Of a stretch of 64,000 nt of DNA, positions 8,906 to 18,166 are shown in pieces; position 1 is the first letter of the stretch; the number at the start of each line of letters is the position of its first letter. The translations under genes were made by a program, and so were the position numbers. Under the pieces are notes generated by a model. The model did no database searches, was not told the origin of the DNA, and worked only from the letters and a program-made list of their open reading frames with translations. The DNA lies in the NCBI GenBank assembly GCA_036170915.1, contig JAVHQC010000013.1, forward strand, positions 1-64,000. The letters are read 5' to 3'. Source of the DNA: Cyanobacteria bacterium auto_48_18. GTDB lineage: Bacteria > Cyanobacteriota > Vampirovibrionia > Obscuribacterales > Obscuribacteraceae.

Positions 8906-11554
8906 ATGAAAGTCATACTTGCTGAAAAGCCGTCTGTAGCTAAGGATATCGCTGCTGTAGTTGGTGCCACCACAAAACGAGATGGCTATTTCGAAGGCAA
9001 CGACTACGCTGTCACATATGCTTTTGGTCACCTGGTAACCATGGCCGAGCCTGAAGAAATGAATGCCGCTTGGGGTAAACCATGGCGCCTGAAACAGTTG
9101 CCCATGATTCCGGTTGAGTGGAAATATCGCGTTGTAGAGAAATCGGCGCAGCAGTTCAATGTAATTAAAAAGCTTTTTCTCAACCCTGCCACCACTTCTA
9201 TTATTTGCGCCACAGACGCGGGGCGTGAGGGCGAACATATATTCAGGTTGATCTATCAGCTCACTGGAGCGCAAAAAACAGTAGAGCGTTTGTGGATCAG
9301 CTCACTGACAGCGGAAGCAATTAAAGATGGTCTCAGTAAGCTGCGTTCTTCGAAAGACTTTGATAGTCTGGCCGATGCGGCAGCTGCTCGCTCTCAAGCC
9401 GACTGGGTAATTGGTCTCAATTTTACTCGCGCGTACACCACCATTAACAATCAATTGTGCACTATTGGTCGTGTGCAAACACCAACTCTAGCCCTGATTG
9501 TAGACCGTCAGACAGCAATTGATGCTTTCAAATCAGCCAAGTTTTACGAGATTCTCGCTACTTTTGAACCAGGATTTTTAGCCCGTTACATTACGCCTGC
9601 CACTGCTGAAGTTGAGCCGCAGACACGTTTGCACGATAAGTCTCTGGCGCAGTCTATTGTAAAAGCTGTTGAGCCTGAGCCCCATGGCGTGGTTCAATCT
9701 GTCATCACTACTGAGAAGAAAACTAAGGCACCAGCGCTCTATGACTTGTTAACGCTACAGAAAGACGCCAACAAGCGTTTTGGCTACACGGCGCAAGAAA
9801 CGCTCAATATTGCTCAGAGTTTGTACGAAGAATTTAAACTGTTGTCTTATCCTCGAACTGAGTCAAGACATCTTTCGACCGACATGATAGGGGAATTGCC
9901 GCGTATTTTGTCAGGGATTTTAAAAGGTCCTCTTGCCACTAAAGAAGTACTGCAAGCCTTTGCTCAAGAAAATATCGTGCCTGGTGGAATCACCGCTGCG
10001 CTGATTAAACCAAAATTGACCAAGAGCTATGTAGATGACGGTAAGCTCACCGACCACCATGCGATTATTCCAACTCACAATAGCTTGCCTGCCAATTTGC
10101 CCGACAAACAACGCAATGTCTACAACCTGGTAGCAACGCGTTTTCTCAGTATCTTCTTGCCCCCGGAAGTGCGTGATGAGACCACCGCCATTATCACCAT
10201 GGCTGATCATTTATTCCGCGCCAAAGGTTTCATCATTAAAGAGATTGGCTGGACGGTTTTGTCAAGTAAGTCTGGTAATGAAGACGACAAAGAAGACAAT
10301 GAAAACAGTGATAAGCCGGGCAAGAAAAAGTCTAAAGACAAAGATGAAGACGCTCAGCAGCTGCCGCCTTTAGTTAAAGGGCAGCAAGTGGGCAAACGCA
10401 AAGTCGAATTGAAAGAAGGCAAAACCAGCGCGCCCAAACCTTATGACGATTCTAGTTTGCTTACCGCCATGAAAAATGCTGGTCAAGAATTAGATGACGA
10501 AGATCTGGCTGCTTATATGAAGCAAAAGGGTCTTGGCACGCCTGCAACCCGCGCCTCAATTATCGAAAGACTTTTACAAACAGGCTATGTGGAGCGTAAT
10601 AAAAAGGCGCTTTTACCCACAGAAAAAGGCAAGGCCTTGATTGGTCAGGTGCACGTAGAACTAAAAGACATTGCCCTTACAGCTATCTGGGAACAACGAC
10701 TGGCAGATATGCAAGACGGTAAACTGAAGCCAGAATCTTTTGACAGTGATATTGCCGAACTTGTACGGCGCATTTTACCTGATGTCACCGCTGATGGTGG
10801 CTCAGGCCTTTCTATTCCACCCAGCGATGGCAGCAGTCTTGGCACCTGTCCGCTCTGTAAAAAAGGGTACGTTCGCATCACTGCTAAGGGTGCCGGATGC
10901 AACCGCTGGAAAGAAGGCTGCACTTTTATGATCTGGAAAGAGCAGCGTGGCAAGGAATTGTCTGAAGCGCAAATGAAAGAGCTTGTGGCCAACGGTCAGA
11001 CTAAAGTGATCAAAGGCTTTAAAAAGAAAGACGGCAGCGCTAAATATGATGCCCGATTGTTCTTAAATGAAGAAGGAAAAATTCAATACGACATTAGCGG
11101 CAATGAGACTGGGGCCCCCAGTACTGCAGGTACCAATAAACAGTCTGCTAAGAAAGATTTGCCGCCTGGTAGCCCAGGGTCGGGCACTGCAGGGTCGTCT
11201 GCGTCAGCGTCTGCGTCTAATACGATGGGCCCCCTGGGCCAGTGCCCCCAGTGTCAGGCCGGCACTGTGCGCCAGACACCGAAAGGGGCGGGTTGTGGCC
11301 GGTGGCGCGAGGGCTGCACCTTCACCATCTGGCGCACAGTCTTTGGCAAAGAATTGACTGATGAGCAAATCAAAGACCTGGTGCTGAAAAAGCGCACTGA
11401 GCTGATTAAGGGCTTTAAGAAGAAAGACGGCAGCGGCACCTACGACGCCCATTTGATGGTGAGCGATGACTTTAAGGTGCGGCTCGACTTCGACAGTAAA
11501 CGTGGTCGAGAGTCTGAGCCTGTGGGCGCTGTCGCAATCGCGCAACCTGAATAA
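8906..11554 (+). CDS. topB: DNA topoisomerase III (type IA) with two C-terminal Zn-finger/topoisomerase C-terminal repeats
   Basis: AEKPSVA, ATDAGREGE, GRVQTPTL, SYPRT (catalytic Tyr), GLGTPATRA; duplicated CPxC...GC..W..GC.F.IW...KGFKKKDG. Confidence 0.95.
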   Translation: MKVILAEKPSVAKDIAAVVGATTKRDGYFEGNDYAVTYAFGHLVTMAEPEEMNAAWGKPWRLKQLPMIPVEWKYRVVEKSAQQFNVIKKLFLNPATTSIICATDAGREGEHIFRLIYQLTGAQKTVERLWISSLTAEAIKDGLSKLRSSKDFDSLADAAAARSQADWVIGLNFTRAYTTINNQLCTIGRVQTPTLALIVDRQTAIDAFKSAKFYEILATFEPGFLARYITPATAEVEPQTRLHDKSLAQSIVKAVEPEPHGVVQSVITTEKKTKAPALYDLLTLQKDANKRFGYTAQETLNIAQSLYEEFKLLSYPRTESRHLSTDMIGELPRILSGILKGPLATKEVLQAFAQENIVPGGITAALIKPKLTKSYVDDGKLTDHHAIIPTHNSLPANLPDKQRNVYNLVATRFLSIFLPPEVRDETTAIITMADHLFRAKGFIIKEIGWTVLSSKSGNEDDKEDNENSDKPGKKKSKDKDEDAQQLPPLVKGQQVGKRKVELKEGKTSAPKPYDDSSLLTAMKNAGQELDDEDLAAYMKQKGLGTPATRASIIERLLQTGYVERNKKALLPTEKGKALIGQVHVELKDIALTAIWEQRLADMQDGKLKPESFDSDIAELVRRILPDVTADGGSGLSIPPSDGSSLGTCPLCKKGYVRITAKGAGCNRWKEGCTFMIWKEQRGKELSEAQMKELVANGQTKVIKGFKKKDGSAKYDARLFLNEEGKIQYDISGNETGAPSTAGTNKQSAKKDLPPGSPGSGTAGSSASASASNTMGPLGQCPQCQAGTVRQTPKGAGCGRWREGCTFTIWRTVFGKELTDEQIKDLVLKKRTELIKGFKKKDGSGTYDAHLMVSDDFKVRLDFDSKRGRESEPVGAVAIAQPE

Positions 11555-11689
11555 CCGACACCGCTGATGGTGCACTTAAAGCTTCGCTGAGGTTCTTTTT
11601 GCTCCGCTTGGCATTTGCCCATATATTGCCACATTTGAACTGTATAGTTCAGAAATCGGCAATCCGCAATTTTCTTGGAGAGTAACATA

Positions 11690-12232
11690 ATGGCTGAGAG
11701 ACCTGGAATTGAAAATCAAGCAAAAGATTTGGCTCACAAACTAGACGCCGGACGTGGCATGCAAGTGGCAGACATTCTGCGCGACGAATTCAAACACATG
11801 ACCCCTCAAGACTACAATAAACTCGTTAACCGGACTGTTGCCCACGATGACAAAGGTTATGGTGCCAATATCGAAGTTGTGCGTCAGAACGGCCTGATTA
11901 TCATTGACACAGGTAAAGGCGAAATTCCTGTTGGCACTCTAAAAGAAGAGCGTCGTCCCAACAGACCTAACCGACCAGATCGTAACGATAGAGATGACAG
12001 AGAGGAAACACCAGGTCTTAGACCAGGTGAAAGACTAGTTTGCGCCGACGCTAAACAGAAAGCGATTGAAAGCGCCGGTGCTGGTGCCTTAATTGGCGGC
12101 ATTGGTGGGCTTATTCTGGGCGACAAAGGCAAGGCCGCAGCAATTGGTGCAGCTGGTGGAGCGGTTGTGGGTGGAATTTATGGTCACGAATCAGCTAAAA
12201 ATGATTGTGTGATTGTCAGAGACCGCCGCTAG
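11690..12232 (+). CDS. Glycine-zipper domain protein
   Basis: AGAGALIGGIGGLILG...AAIGAAGGAVVGGIYG; RBS GGAGAG; RPN/RDD micro-repeats. Confidence 0.7.
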   Translation: MAERPGIENQAKDLAHKLDAGRGMQVADILRDEFKHMTPQDYNKLVNRTVAHDDKGYGANIEVVRQNGLIIIDTGKGEIPVGTLKEERRPNRPNRPDRNDRDDREETPGLRPGERLVCADAKQKAIESAGAGALIGGIGGLILGDKGKAAAIGAAGGAVVGGIYGHESAKNDCVIVRDRR

Positions 12233-12258
12233 TTACATCGCAAAAGCCGCCATTCAGT

Positions 12259-12293
12259 AATAGCCCGTGTCTTCAGCCAGGACACGGGTTATT
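12259..12293 (+). terminator. Stem-loop after the glycine-zipper gene
   Basis: AATAGCCCGTGTC-loop-GACACGGGTTATT inverted repeat. Confidence 0.55.
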
Positions 12294-12388
12294 GGCATTA
12301 ATAAATCCAGTGCAAATAGATATCGATGCGTATAGAGATCTATACTTAGCCATTGAATTTGGTTCAATGTTTGACATCTGGAGGTTCT

Positions 12389-12820
12389 ATGAAACGTAAT
12401 GCATCAGCTCACTGGGAAGGCGGTCTAAAAGACGGCAAAGGCACAGTTTCCACAGAGAGTGGCGTACTTTCCAAAACACAATATTCTTTCGGCACACGCT
12501 TTGAAGATGGTAAAGGCACCAACCCTGAAGAGCTAATTGCAGCTGCTCACGCTGGTTGTTTCTCTATGGCTCTTTCCATGATTCTTGGCGAAGCCGGCAT
12601 GACTGCTAAGTCTATCGATACTAAGGCTGCTGTCACCCTTGAGAAAACCGACGCTGGTTTCACCGTAACTGAAATCGTTCTTGATCTCATTGCTGATATT
12701 CCTGGCGCCGATCAAGCTAAATTCAATGATTGCGCTGAGAAAGCTAAAGCTGGTTGCCCAATTTCCCGCTTGTTCAACACTAAGATCACTTTGAACGCTA
12801 AATTAGGCGCAGCAGTCTAA
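12389..12820 (+). CDS. osmC: OsmC peroxiredoxin
   Basis: [20 protein letters not shown] and AKAGCPIS two-Cys motifs; RBS GGAGG. Confidence 0.96.
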   Translation: MKRNASAHWEGGLKDGKGTVSTESGVLSKTQYSFGTRFEDGKGTNPEELIAAAHAGCFSMALSMILGEAGMTAKSIDTKAAVTLEKTDAGFTVTEIVLDLIADIPGADQAKFNDCAEKAKAGCPISRLFNTKITLNAKLGAAV

Positions 12821-12847
12821 ATTAGACCGGGCCTTTATTTGATCAAT

Positions 12848-12890
12848 AAAAAGAGGACGTACATAAATTGTGCGTCCTCTTTTCATTTTT
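12848..12890. terminator. Bidirectional intrinsic terminator
   Basis: AAAAAGAGGACGTAC...GTGCGTCCTCTTTT between the convergent osmC and YtxH-like genes. Confidence 0.75.
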
Positions 12891-12925
12891 GTGAAGCACC
12901 ATATTTAGTGCAGCGCTATAGAAAT

Positions 12926-13165
12926 TTATACTTCGTCTTCAGGATGATCTGGTGAAAACTTTTCTTTGACGCCGCCAGCAAATTCACCAGCTTTTTCAGC
13001 AATGTCATCACGTAATTCTTTGCCTGATTTAGCGGCAAACAAATTACCCAATGCGTAGCCAACACCCAGCGAAACTACTGAACCTGCTGCCACACCAACT
13101 ACGGCGCCGGCAATGAAGATTGTTTTCAATAACGGCAGGTTTCCTTTGATCAAAGTCTTGAGCAT
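12926..13165 (-). CDS. YtxH-like general stress protein
   Basis: Hydrophobic Gly-rich helix followed by LFAAKSGKELRDDI (YtxH consensus LxAPxSGxExR). Confidence 0.75.
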   Translation of the reverse strand: MLKTLIKGNLPLLKTIFIAGAVVGVAAGSVVSLGVGYALGNLFAAKSGKELRDDIAEKAGEFAGGVKEKFSPDHPEDEV

Positions 13166-13260
13166 TAGGCGTTCCTCGAATATTAGGCTAAAAGTACTGA
13201 GTAAATTCTAACATCTGTGAGTGATTAAGCGCTTTGACGTGAAATTTTGCAACACCCGAT

Positions 13261-13305
13261 TTAACTCTAGTTGAATTGACTCTAGTTGAATGGACTCTAG
13301 TAATA
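13261..13305. repeat. 15-bp tandem repeat x3
   Basis: TTAACTCTAGTTGAA / TTGACTCTAGTTGAA / TGGACTCTAGTAATA in the divergent YtxH-like/tex intergenic region. Confidence 0.85.
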
Positions 13306-13329
13306 TAGATTGCACATTGAGGAAAGGCC

Positions 13330-15543
13330 ATGACCACAAGTACCAGCGGTGTCAGTAGCGTTGCAGTGAGCAAGAACCCAGACGTTGTCGCCTTGCAATA
13401 TGCCCGGCAGATAGCGCAAGAGCTTCAGGTGGGCGTCAGCCAGGTTCAGGCAACCATTGCCTTGCTTGATGAAGACTGTACTGTGCCCTTCATTGCCCGT
13501 TATCGTAAAGAAGCCACAGGCACATTAGACGAAGTGCAAATTACCAACATTCGCGATATGCGCGGACGCCTGGCACAGCTTGATAAACGCCGCGAAGCTA
13601 TGGTCAAATCGTTACGTGAACGCGAGCTTCTCACTGATGAGCTGCTGGCAAAATTAAGCGCTTCCAGCTCGATCACAGATCTCGAAGACATTTACCTGCC
13701 CTTCAAACCGAAGCGCAAAACCAAAGCCAGTGTGGCCCGGGAAAAAGGCCTAGAACCGCTCGCTGCTGATATTTTTGCGGGCAAACTGCAGAATGTCGAA
13801 AAAGCAGCGGAAGCCTTTATCAATAAAGAGAAAGGTGTTGAATCAGTGGAGCAGGCACTCGCCGGCGCGCGTGACATTATGGCTGAGTGGATGAGCGAAG
13901 ATTTGACCGTGCGTAAGCAGCTGAGGGCCTACTGGTCAAAAGCCAGCACTATTGTTTCGAAAGTGGCCAAAGGAAAAGAGCAAGAAGGGCAGAAATTCAA
14001 AGACTATTTTGATTGGAGCGAGAAGGTCACCGCTGCCCCGTCGCATCGCATTCTCGCCATGTTTCGCGGCGAAGCTGAAGGCATGCTCAAGCTCACCATC
14101 AGGCCTGATGATGAAGAAGCTCTGATTATCATGGACAAAAATTTTGTTAAAAAAGGTCCTTGCAGCGATCAAATCGAAATTACAGTGGAAGACGCCCATG
14201 ATCGCTTGCTTGCACCATCGATGGAGACAGAGCTGCGTGCCGAGTTAAAGCAACGAGCCGACATAGAAGCGATTCGTGTTTTTACACGCAATTTGCGCGA
14301 GCTTTTGATGGCACCACCGCTTGGTGAGCATGCTCTTATGGCTCTTGATCCTGGTTTTAGAACAGGCTGCAAATTGGTTTGCCTGGGCAAGCAGGGCGAC
14401 CTTTTGCACCATGATGTGATTTATCCACATATGGACGGCGCTGGCGATGGGGCCAAACAATCTAAATTGAACGCTGTCAAAAAAGTGGTTGAGCTTGCCA
14501 GAAAGTTTAACGTCGTGGCTGTGGCCATCGGCAATGGCACAGCCGGTCGAGAGACCGAAGAGTTTATGCGCGCTATCGATTGGGCGGCCGTGCAACTGGA
14601 AGAACCGCAAATTGTCATGGTCAATGAAAGTGGTGCTTCGATATATTCAGCCTCTGATGTGGCCCGAGAAGAATTTCCTGATTATGATTTGACTGTACGT
14701 GGTGCTGTTTCCATTGGCCGTCGTCTGATGGATCCTCTGGCCGAGCTTGTGAAGCTCGATCCAAAATCTATTGGTGTAGGCCAGTACCAGCACGACGTTG
14801 ATCAGCCGGCCTTACAGAGCAGCCTAGATGATACTGTGGTCAGCTGCGTCAACTCTGTTGGGGTAGAATTGAACACGGCCAGCAAGCAATTGCTTTCGTA
14901 TGTGTCAGGTTTAGGAAAACAAATTGCCGCCAATATTGTCACCCACCGGCAAGAAAATGGGCCCTTCAAATCAAAAGCTGAGCTCAAGAAAGTAGCCCGC
15001 TTAGGGCCTAAGGCTTTCGAACAGAGTGCCGGATTTTTGCGCGTTCGCGCTGCTAAAAATCCTCTTGATGCCAGTGCCGTTCACCCTGAAAGCTACAAGG
15101 TCGTGGAAACCATGGCTAAAGATATTGGCCTTGACGTCGCTACTTTGATGTCTAATGCTGAAGCACGCAAGAGCATTGATTTGGGCAAGTATGTCTCTGA
15201 CAAAATCGGCTTACCTACTTTGCGCGATATTATGCAAGAGCTGGAGAAGCCAGGCCGCGACCCTCGTGCCAAGCTAGAGCCCATGAAATTTGCCGAAGGC
15301 GTGCATGCAATTTCTGACCTATATGAAGGCATGAAGTTACCGGGTATTGTTACCAATGTCACCGCATTTGGTGCCTTTGTTGATATTGGTGTTCATCAAG
15401 ACGGCTTAGTGCATGTAAGTGAGTTGACCAATAAATTTGTCAAAGATGCCAGTGAAGTAGTGACCGTGCAACAGAAAGTGATGGTGACTGTATTGCAGGT
15501 CGACAAAGACAGAAAACGCATAGCCTTAAGTATGAAGCGTTAG
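13330..15543 (+). CDS. tex: Tex family RNA-binding transcription accessory protein (S1 domain)
   Basis: TVPFIARYRKEATG, DPGFRTGCK, IGNGTAGRET, SIGVGQYQHD, C-terminal S1 FGAFVDIGVHQDGLVHVS. Confidence 0.96.
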   Translation: MTTSTSGVSSVAVSKNPDVVALQYARQIAQELQVGVSQVQATIALLDEDCTVPFIARYRKEATGTLDEVQITNIRDMRGRLAQLDKRREAMVKSLRERELLTDELLAKLSASSSITDLEDIYLPFKPKRKTKASVAREKGLEPLAADIFAGKLQNVEKAAEAFINKEKGVESVEQALAGARDIMAEWMSEDLTVRKQLRAYWSKASTIVSKVAKGKEQEGQKFKDYFDWSEKVTAAPSHRILAMFRGEAEGMLKLTIRPDDEEALIIMDKNFVKKGPCSDQIEITVEDAHDRLLAPSMETELRAELKQRADIEAIRVFTRNLRELLMAPPLGEHALMALDPGFRTGCKLVCLGKQGDLLHHDVIYPHMDGAGDGAKQSKLNAVKKVVELARKFNVVAVAIGNGTAGRETEEFMRAIDWAAVQLEEPQIVMVNESGASIYSASDVAREEFPDYDLTVRGAVSIGRRLMDPLAELVKLDPKSIGVGQYQHDVDQPALQSSLDDTVVSCVNSVGVELNTASKQLLSYVSGLGKQIAANIVTHRQENGPFKSKAELKKVARLGPKAFEQSAGFLRVRAAKNPLDASAVHPESYKVVETMAKDIGLDVATLMSNAEARKSIDLGKYVSDKIGLPTLRDIMQELEKPGRDPRAKLEPMKFAEGVHAISDLYEGMKLPGIVTNVTAFGAFVDIGVHQDGLVHVSELTNKFVKDASEVVTVQQKVMVTVLQVDKDRKRIALSMKR

Positions 15544-16433
15544 GCGGCGTTCTTAATTTCAGCATCTGTGTTGATAGTCGGTATTCTTCTCAAGGTATCT
15601 ACAGCATCGTCTTTGTGAAGATGTCCGGCCAGACCGCTCTCAAGTATTCCGCGAATAGTGCTGACAAAATGAGCTGCACTTTCAGTGTCAACTATTAGCG
15701 AATCGAACGAATAGCAAAGGGTCATGGTTTTGCGAATTTCAATCTTGTGGTCAATCACTACAGGTTGCGGTTCTACTGTGCCCACGCCGAAAATGCTGGT
15801 ACAAACGTTGGGTGCAATGATGGTGGTGGCACCGTATTTACCAAGCGAAGTGACGCCGAAGGTGGCACGATTGATCATGGTGCGCAAAAAGGGAATATTG
15901 AGACCCATGGCCACATATATCTGCCTTGAAATCCAGGGAAACTTGCTTAAAAAGTGTTCTTTCGCAAGTTGAGGCACTTGCTTATAATCACCACTGCCGT
16001 AAGCGGCGAGCTCTGAGGCAATTTGGTGCAATGGTTTTGTCTGAGTGTCGTCGATGACGCCAAAGAACACCGCCGCTTGCTCTCCAGATTCGCTAAACTG
16101 GTTATCTTTGCTCAACATTCGTTCAACTGTAAACCCGGCTGCAGGTTTAGGGGTAGTTATCAATCTGCCCCAACCAAGGCGATATGATCTACTTAACGGA
16201 TGCGATTTTTGGGCAATGGCAATTGCCTTTAATATGACTGCAGTAATCGTGATTTTCTGATCGTCGTTAGAAAGCCTCTGCCGAAGGTTTTCAGCTGCTT
16301 CCATATCGATCTCGCAAAATATTGATGCGGGAATAGTTCTAGCGGCAAAGATGGTAATTAGATCAAGTACATTCCAGCGTGCTCTGTGGAAACTTGACGT
16401 TGTGTACGAACTTGGTGCCAACTGATCTACCAT
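15540..16433 (-). CDS. 2-oxoacid dehydrogenase E2-like acyltransferase catalytic domain only, degenerate active site
   Basis: EIDM, KITITAVILKAIA, TFGVTSLG, GVGTVEPQPVV...IEIRKTMTLCYSFDSLIVD (canonical DHRxxDG not retained); no lipoyl domain. Confidence 0.75.
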   Translation of the reverse strand: MVDQLAPSSYTTSSFHRARWNVLDLITIFAARTIPASIFCEIDMEAAENLRQRLSNDDQKITITAVILKAIAIAQKSHPLSRSYRLGWGRLITTPKPAAGFTVERMLSKDNQFSESGEQAAVFFGVIDDTQTKPLHQIASELAAYGSGDYKQVPQLAKEHFLSKFPWISRQIYVAMGLNIPFLRTMINRATFGVTSLGKYGATTIIAPNVCTSIFGVGTVEPQPVVIDHKIEIRKTMTLCYSFDSLIVDTESAAHFVSTIRGILESGLAGHLHKDDAVDTLRRIPTINTDAEIKNAA

Positions 16434-16478
16434 CTCTATAAACCCTCTGTCTATTGCTTTCTGCGTCGTAAAAAATTC

Positions 16479-16503
16479 GACTGAGTAACAAATATAAAGT
16501 TCC
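16479..16503 (-). promoter_or_regulatory. Putative ECF-sigma promoter GGAAC-N16-AGTC
   Basis: About 46 nt upstream of the ATG at 16433 on the minus strand. Confidence 0.45.
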
Positions 16504-16590
16504 CCTATTTCAGTCAGGTTTTCTGAAGAGGGCCAACGGCCAGGTTTACATAGAAGAGCTTGGAGCTGATACGATGCTCATTTTCGCCCC

Positions 16591-16615
16591 GGAACTTTGC
16601 CCCGTGTCGGCCGTC
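16591..16615 (+). promoter_or_regulatory. Putative ECF-sigma promoter GGAAC-N16-CGTC
   Basis: GGAAC tttgccccgtgtcggc CGTC upstream of the ATG at 16700. Confidence 0.6.
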
Positions 16616-16699
16616 GAGTGGGCTGTGTGGTTCTACACATGTAGAAACCAAAGGTATCGCCAATAGCGAAAAAAAGAATCTATATAAAGGAGATTACTT

Positions 16700-17137
16700 A
16701 TGTTCCGAACAAATAAAACAGCAGCATTAGTGCTGAGCGCTGCATTTTTGCTCACACCATCAGTCGTATTTGCCGATGAAGTTAGCTCCACCAGTGTTAA
16801 AACCGAAACTCCTGCAGGCTCAGCTTCGAGCAGTGTTAAAGTAAAATCTGACGCTGCCGGCACAGTGAAAAGTGTTAAACAATCGAGCGTAACCCCAGGC
16901 GAGGCCAAGTCGTCTTCATACCGTGCTGAAGCCGGTATAGGCGGAGCCAAAGTTGAAAAAGAACAGACAGGCGTTCGTGCTAACGTTGACGGCAGTGTTA
17001 CTGCCGATAAGACAAAAGAAACACACGCCGTTGGCGTCAATGGTTCTGCGCACAAGAAAGCTAACTCCAGCACTACAGTTGGTGCAGATGGTTCAGCCAC
17101 TACCGTCAAATCTGAAAAGCAAGTCACTAACCCTTAG
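16700..17137 (+). CDS. Secreted low-complexity Ser/Thr/Lys/Val-rich protein
   Basis: RBS AAGGAG; signal peptide ending VFA; repetitive S/T/V/K segments. Confidence 0.8.
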   Translation: MFRTNKTAALVLSAAFLLTPSVVFADEVSSTSVKTETPAGSASSSVKVKSDAAGTVKSVKQSSVTPGEAKSSSYRAEAGIGGAKVEKEQTGVRANVDGSVTADKTKETHAVGVNGSAHKKANSSTTVGADGSATTVKSEKQVTNP

Positions 17138-17170
17138 TTGATTGCTTGATTATTGAGCGAGCTATATAAT

Positions 17171-17204
17171 GAGCGCGGATGTTTAGATACGTTCGCGCTC
17201 TTTT
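17171..17204 (+). terminator. Intrinsic terminator
   Basis: GAGCGCGGA...TTCGCGCTC followed by TTTT. Confidence 0.65.
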
Positions 17205-17222
17205 ATCTGATGTACTGATTTT

Positions 17223-17444
17223 ATGGAATTTACGCGTCACGGCCTGAAAAAGGCAATGTATATTTTGCAAACATTACTCGGCGTAAGCTGGGTGATCATG
17301 GCGCTTTTTATGTTTTTTAAGCCAGGCGCGAATATCTTGATTGACCTTTTGCCTGCCTGCGTTTTACTTTTTGCCGGCACAGCGTGTATCTATTTCGGGG
17401 TAGAGGCGTATTTACTGCGCAAAGATCCCGAAATCTGGAAGTAG
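17223..17444 (+). CDS. Small two-TM membrane protein
   Basis: 73 aa with two hydrophobic helices. Confidence 0.65.
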   Translation: MEFTRHGLKKAMYILQTLLGVSWVIMALFMFFKPGANILIDLLPACVLLFAGTACIYFGVEAYLLRKDPEIWK

Positions 17445-17452
17445 TCTACACT

Positions 17453-18166
17453 TTAGATGGCAAACTTTTTCATCTGTACTGCCAGGTCGTTATAAAGCTT
17501 GGGTAACCATTGCGGTTGGGTTTTGAAATTAACTTGAGGTTTGCGCAGCCGCAGATCACACGGAGCAAAGATTAGCTTAATATGCTGGCTGCCAGTGTCG
17601 TGAGCGAGTACAAACATTTCTTCAATCGGTTCATTGCCCATGGCCAGGCAACCAGTAGACCATTTGCTGCCATGAATTAAAATATCGCTACCAGGATTTT
17701 TTCTCTTTTCGATTTTGGCATGATATCGATCAAAGCTATTGGGATAATTTACCTCAAGGCCGATGTGTGCCACCAGCGTAGGGCGAAAAGCTGCGATAGT
17801 GTAGAAACCCTCTGGCATCTGCTTGTCGCCTTCTTTGAGCTTAGGGCCGGTCACTCCGCTGGCTCCGATTATGGGATAGCTCAACACTTTTTTCATTGAG
17901 CCTTTGTTGTCTCGGGCAAAAATCAAAAGCAATCTCTCTTCTTTTAAAGCAATCCAGGTCATTTGCTCAGGTGGGTAGGGTACATTTTGCTGAGCGAACA
18001 ATGATTTTAATTTGGGCCTTACTCTGGGACTATAAGCTGTCACTACCGCATCGACAGAATTAAAATGTGGTGGTGCTTCTGGTGCCGCTTGTGCGTTGCC
18101 GACAGACGACAATGTCGCTGCAAGAAATGTAATGTTTACTAGGCGGTGAAACAGCGGTTGACTCAT
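17453..18166 (-). CDS. L,D-transpeptidase (YkuD) family protein, YafK/DpaA-like
   Basis: GPKLKEGDKQMPEGFY, NYPN.FD, ILIHG...STGCLAM; signal peptide. Confidence 0.88.
   Translation of the reverse strand: MSQPLFHRLVNITFLAATLSSVGNAQAAPEAPPHFNSVDAVVTAYSPRVRPKLKSLFAQQNVPYPPEQMTWIALKEERLLLIFARDNKGSMKKVLSYPIIGASGVTGPKLKEGDKQMPEGFYTIAAFRPTLVAHIGLEVNYPNSFDRYHAKIEKRKNPGSDILIHGSKWSTGCLAMGNEPIEEMFVLAHDTGSQHIKLIFAPCDLRLRKPQVNFKTQPQWLPKLYNDLAVQMKKFAI

Noticed and set aside
13261..13305. Short repeats as a possible CRISPR array (also 26206, 36688, 55804)
   Set aside because: Units are 10-17 bp, directly adjacent with no unique spacers, and no cas genes are present.
13188..13373. 61-aa minus-strand ORF containing STRV repeats
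   Set aside because: A by-product of the 15-bp DNA repeat; it overlaps the tex start and has no RBS.
16633..17127. 164-aa minus-strand ORF
   Set aside because: Antisense to the secreted protein, which has an RBS, signal peptide, promoter and terminator.
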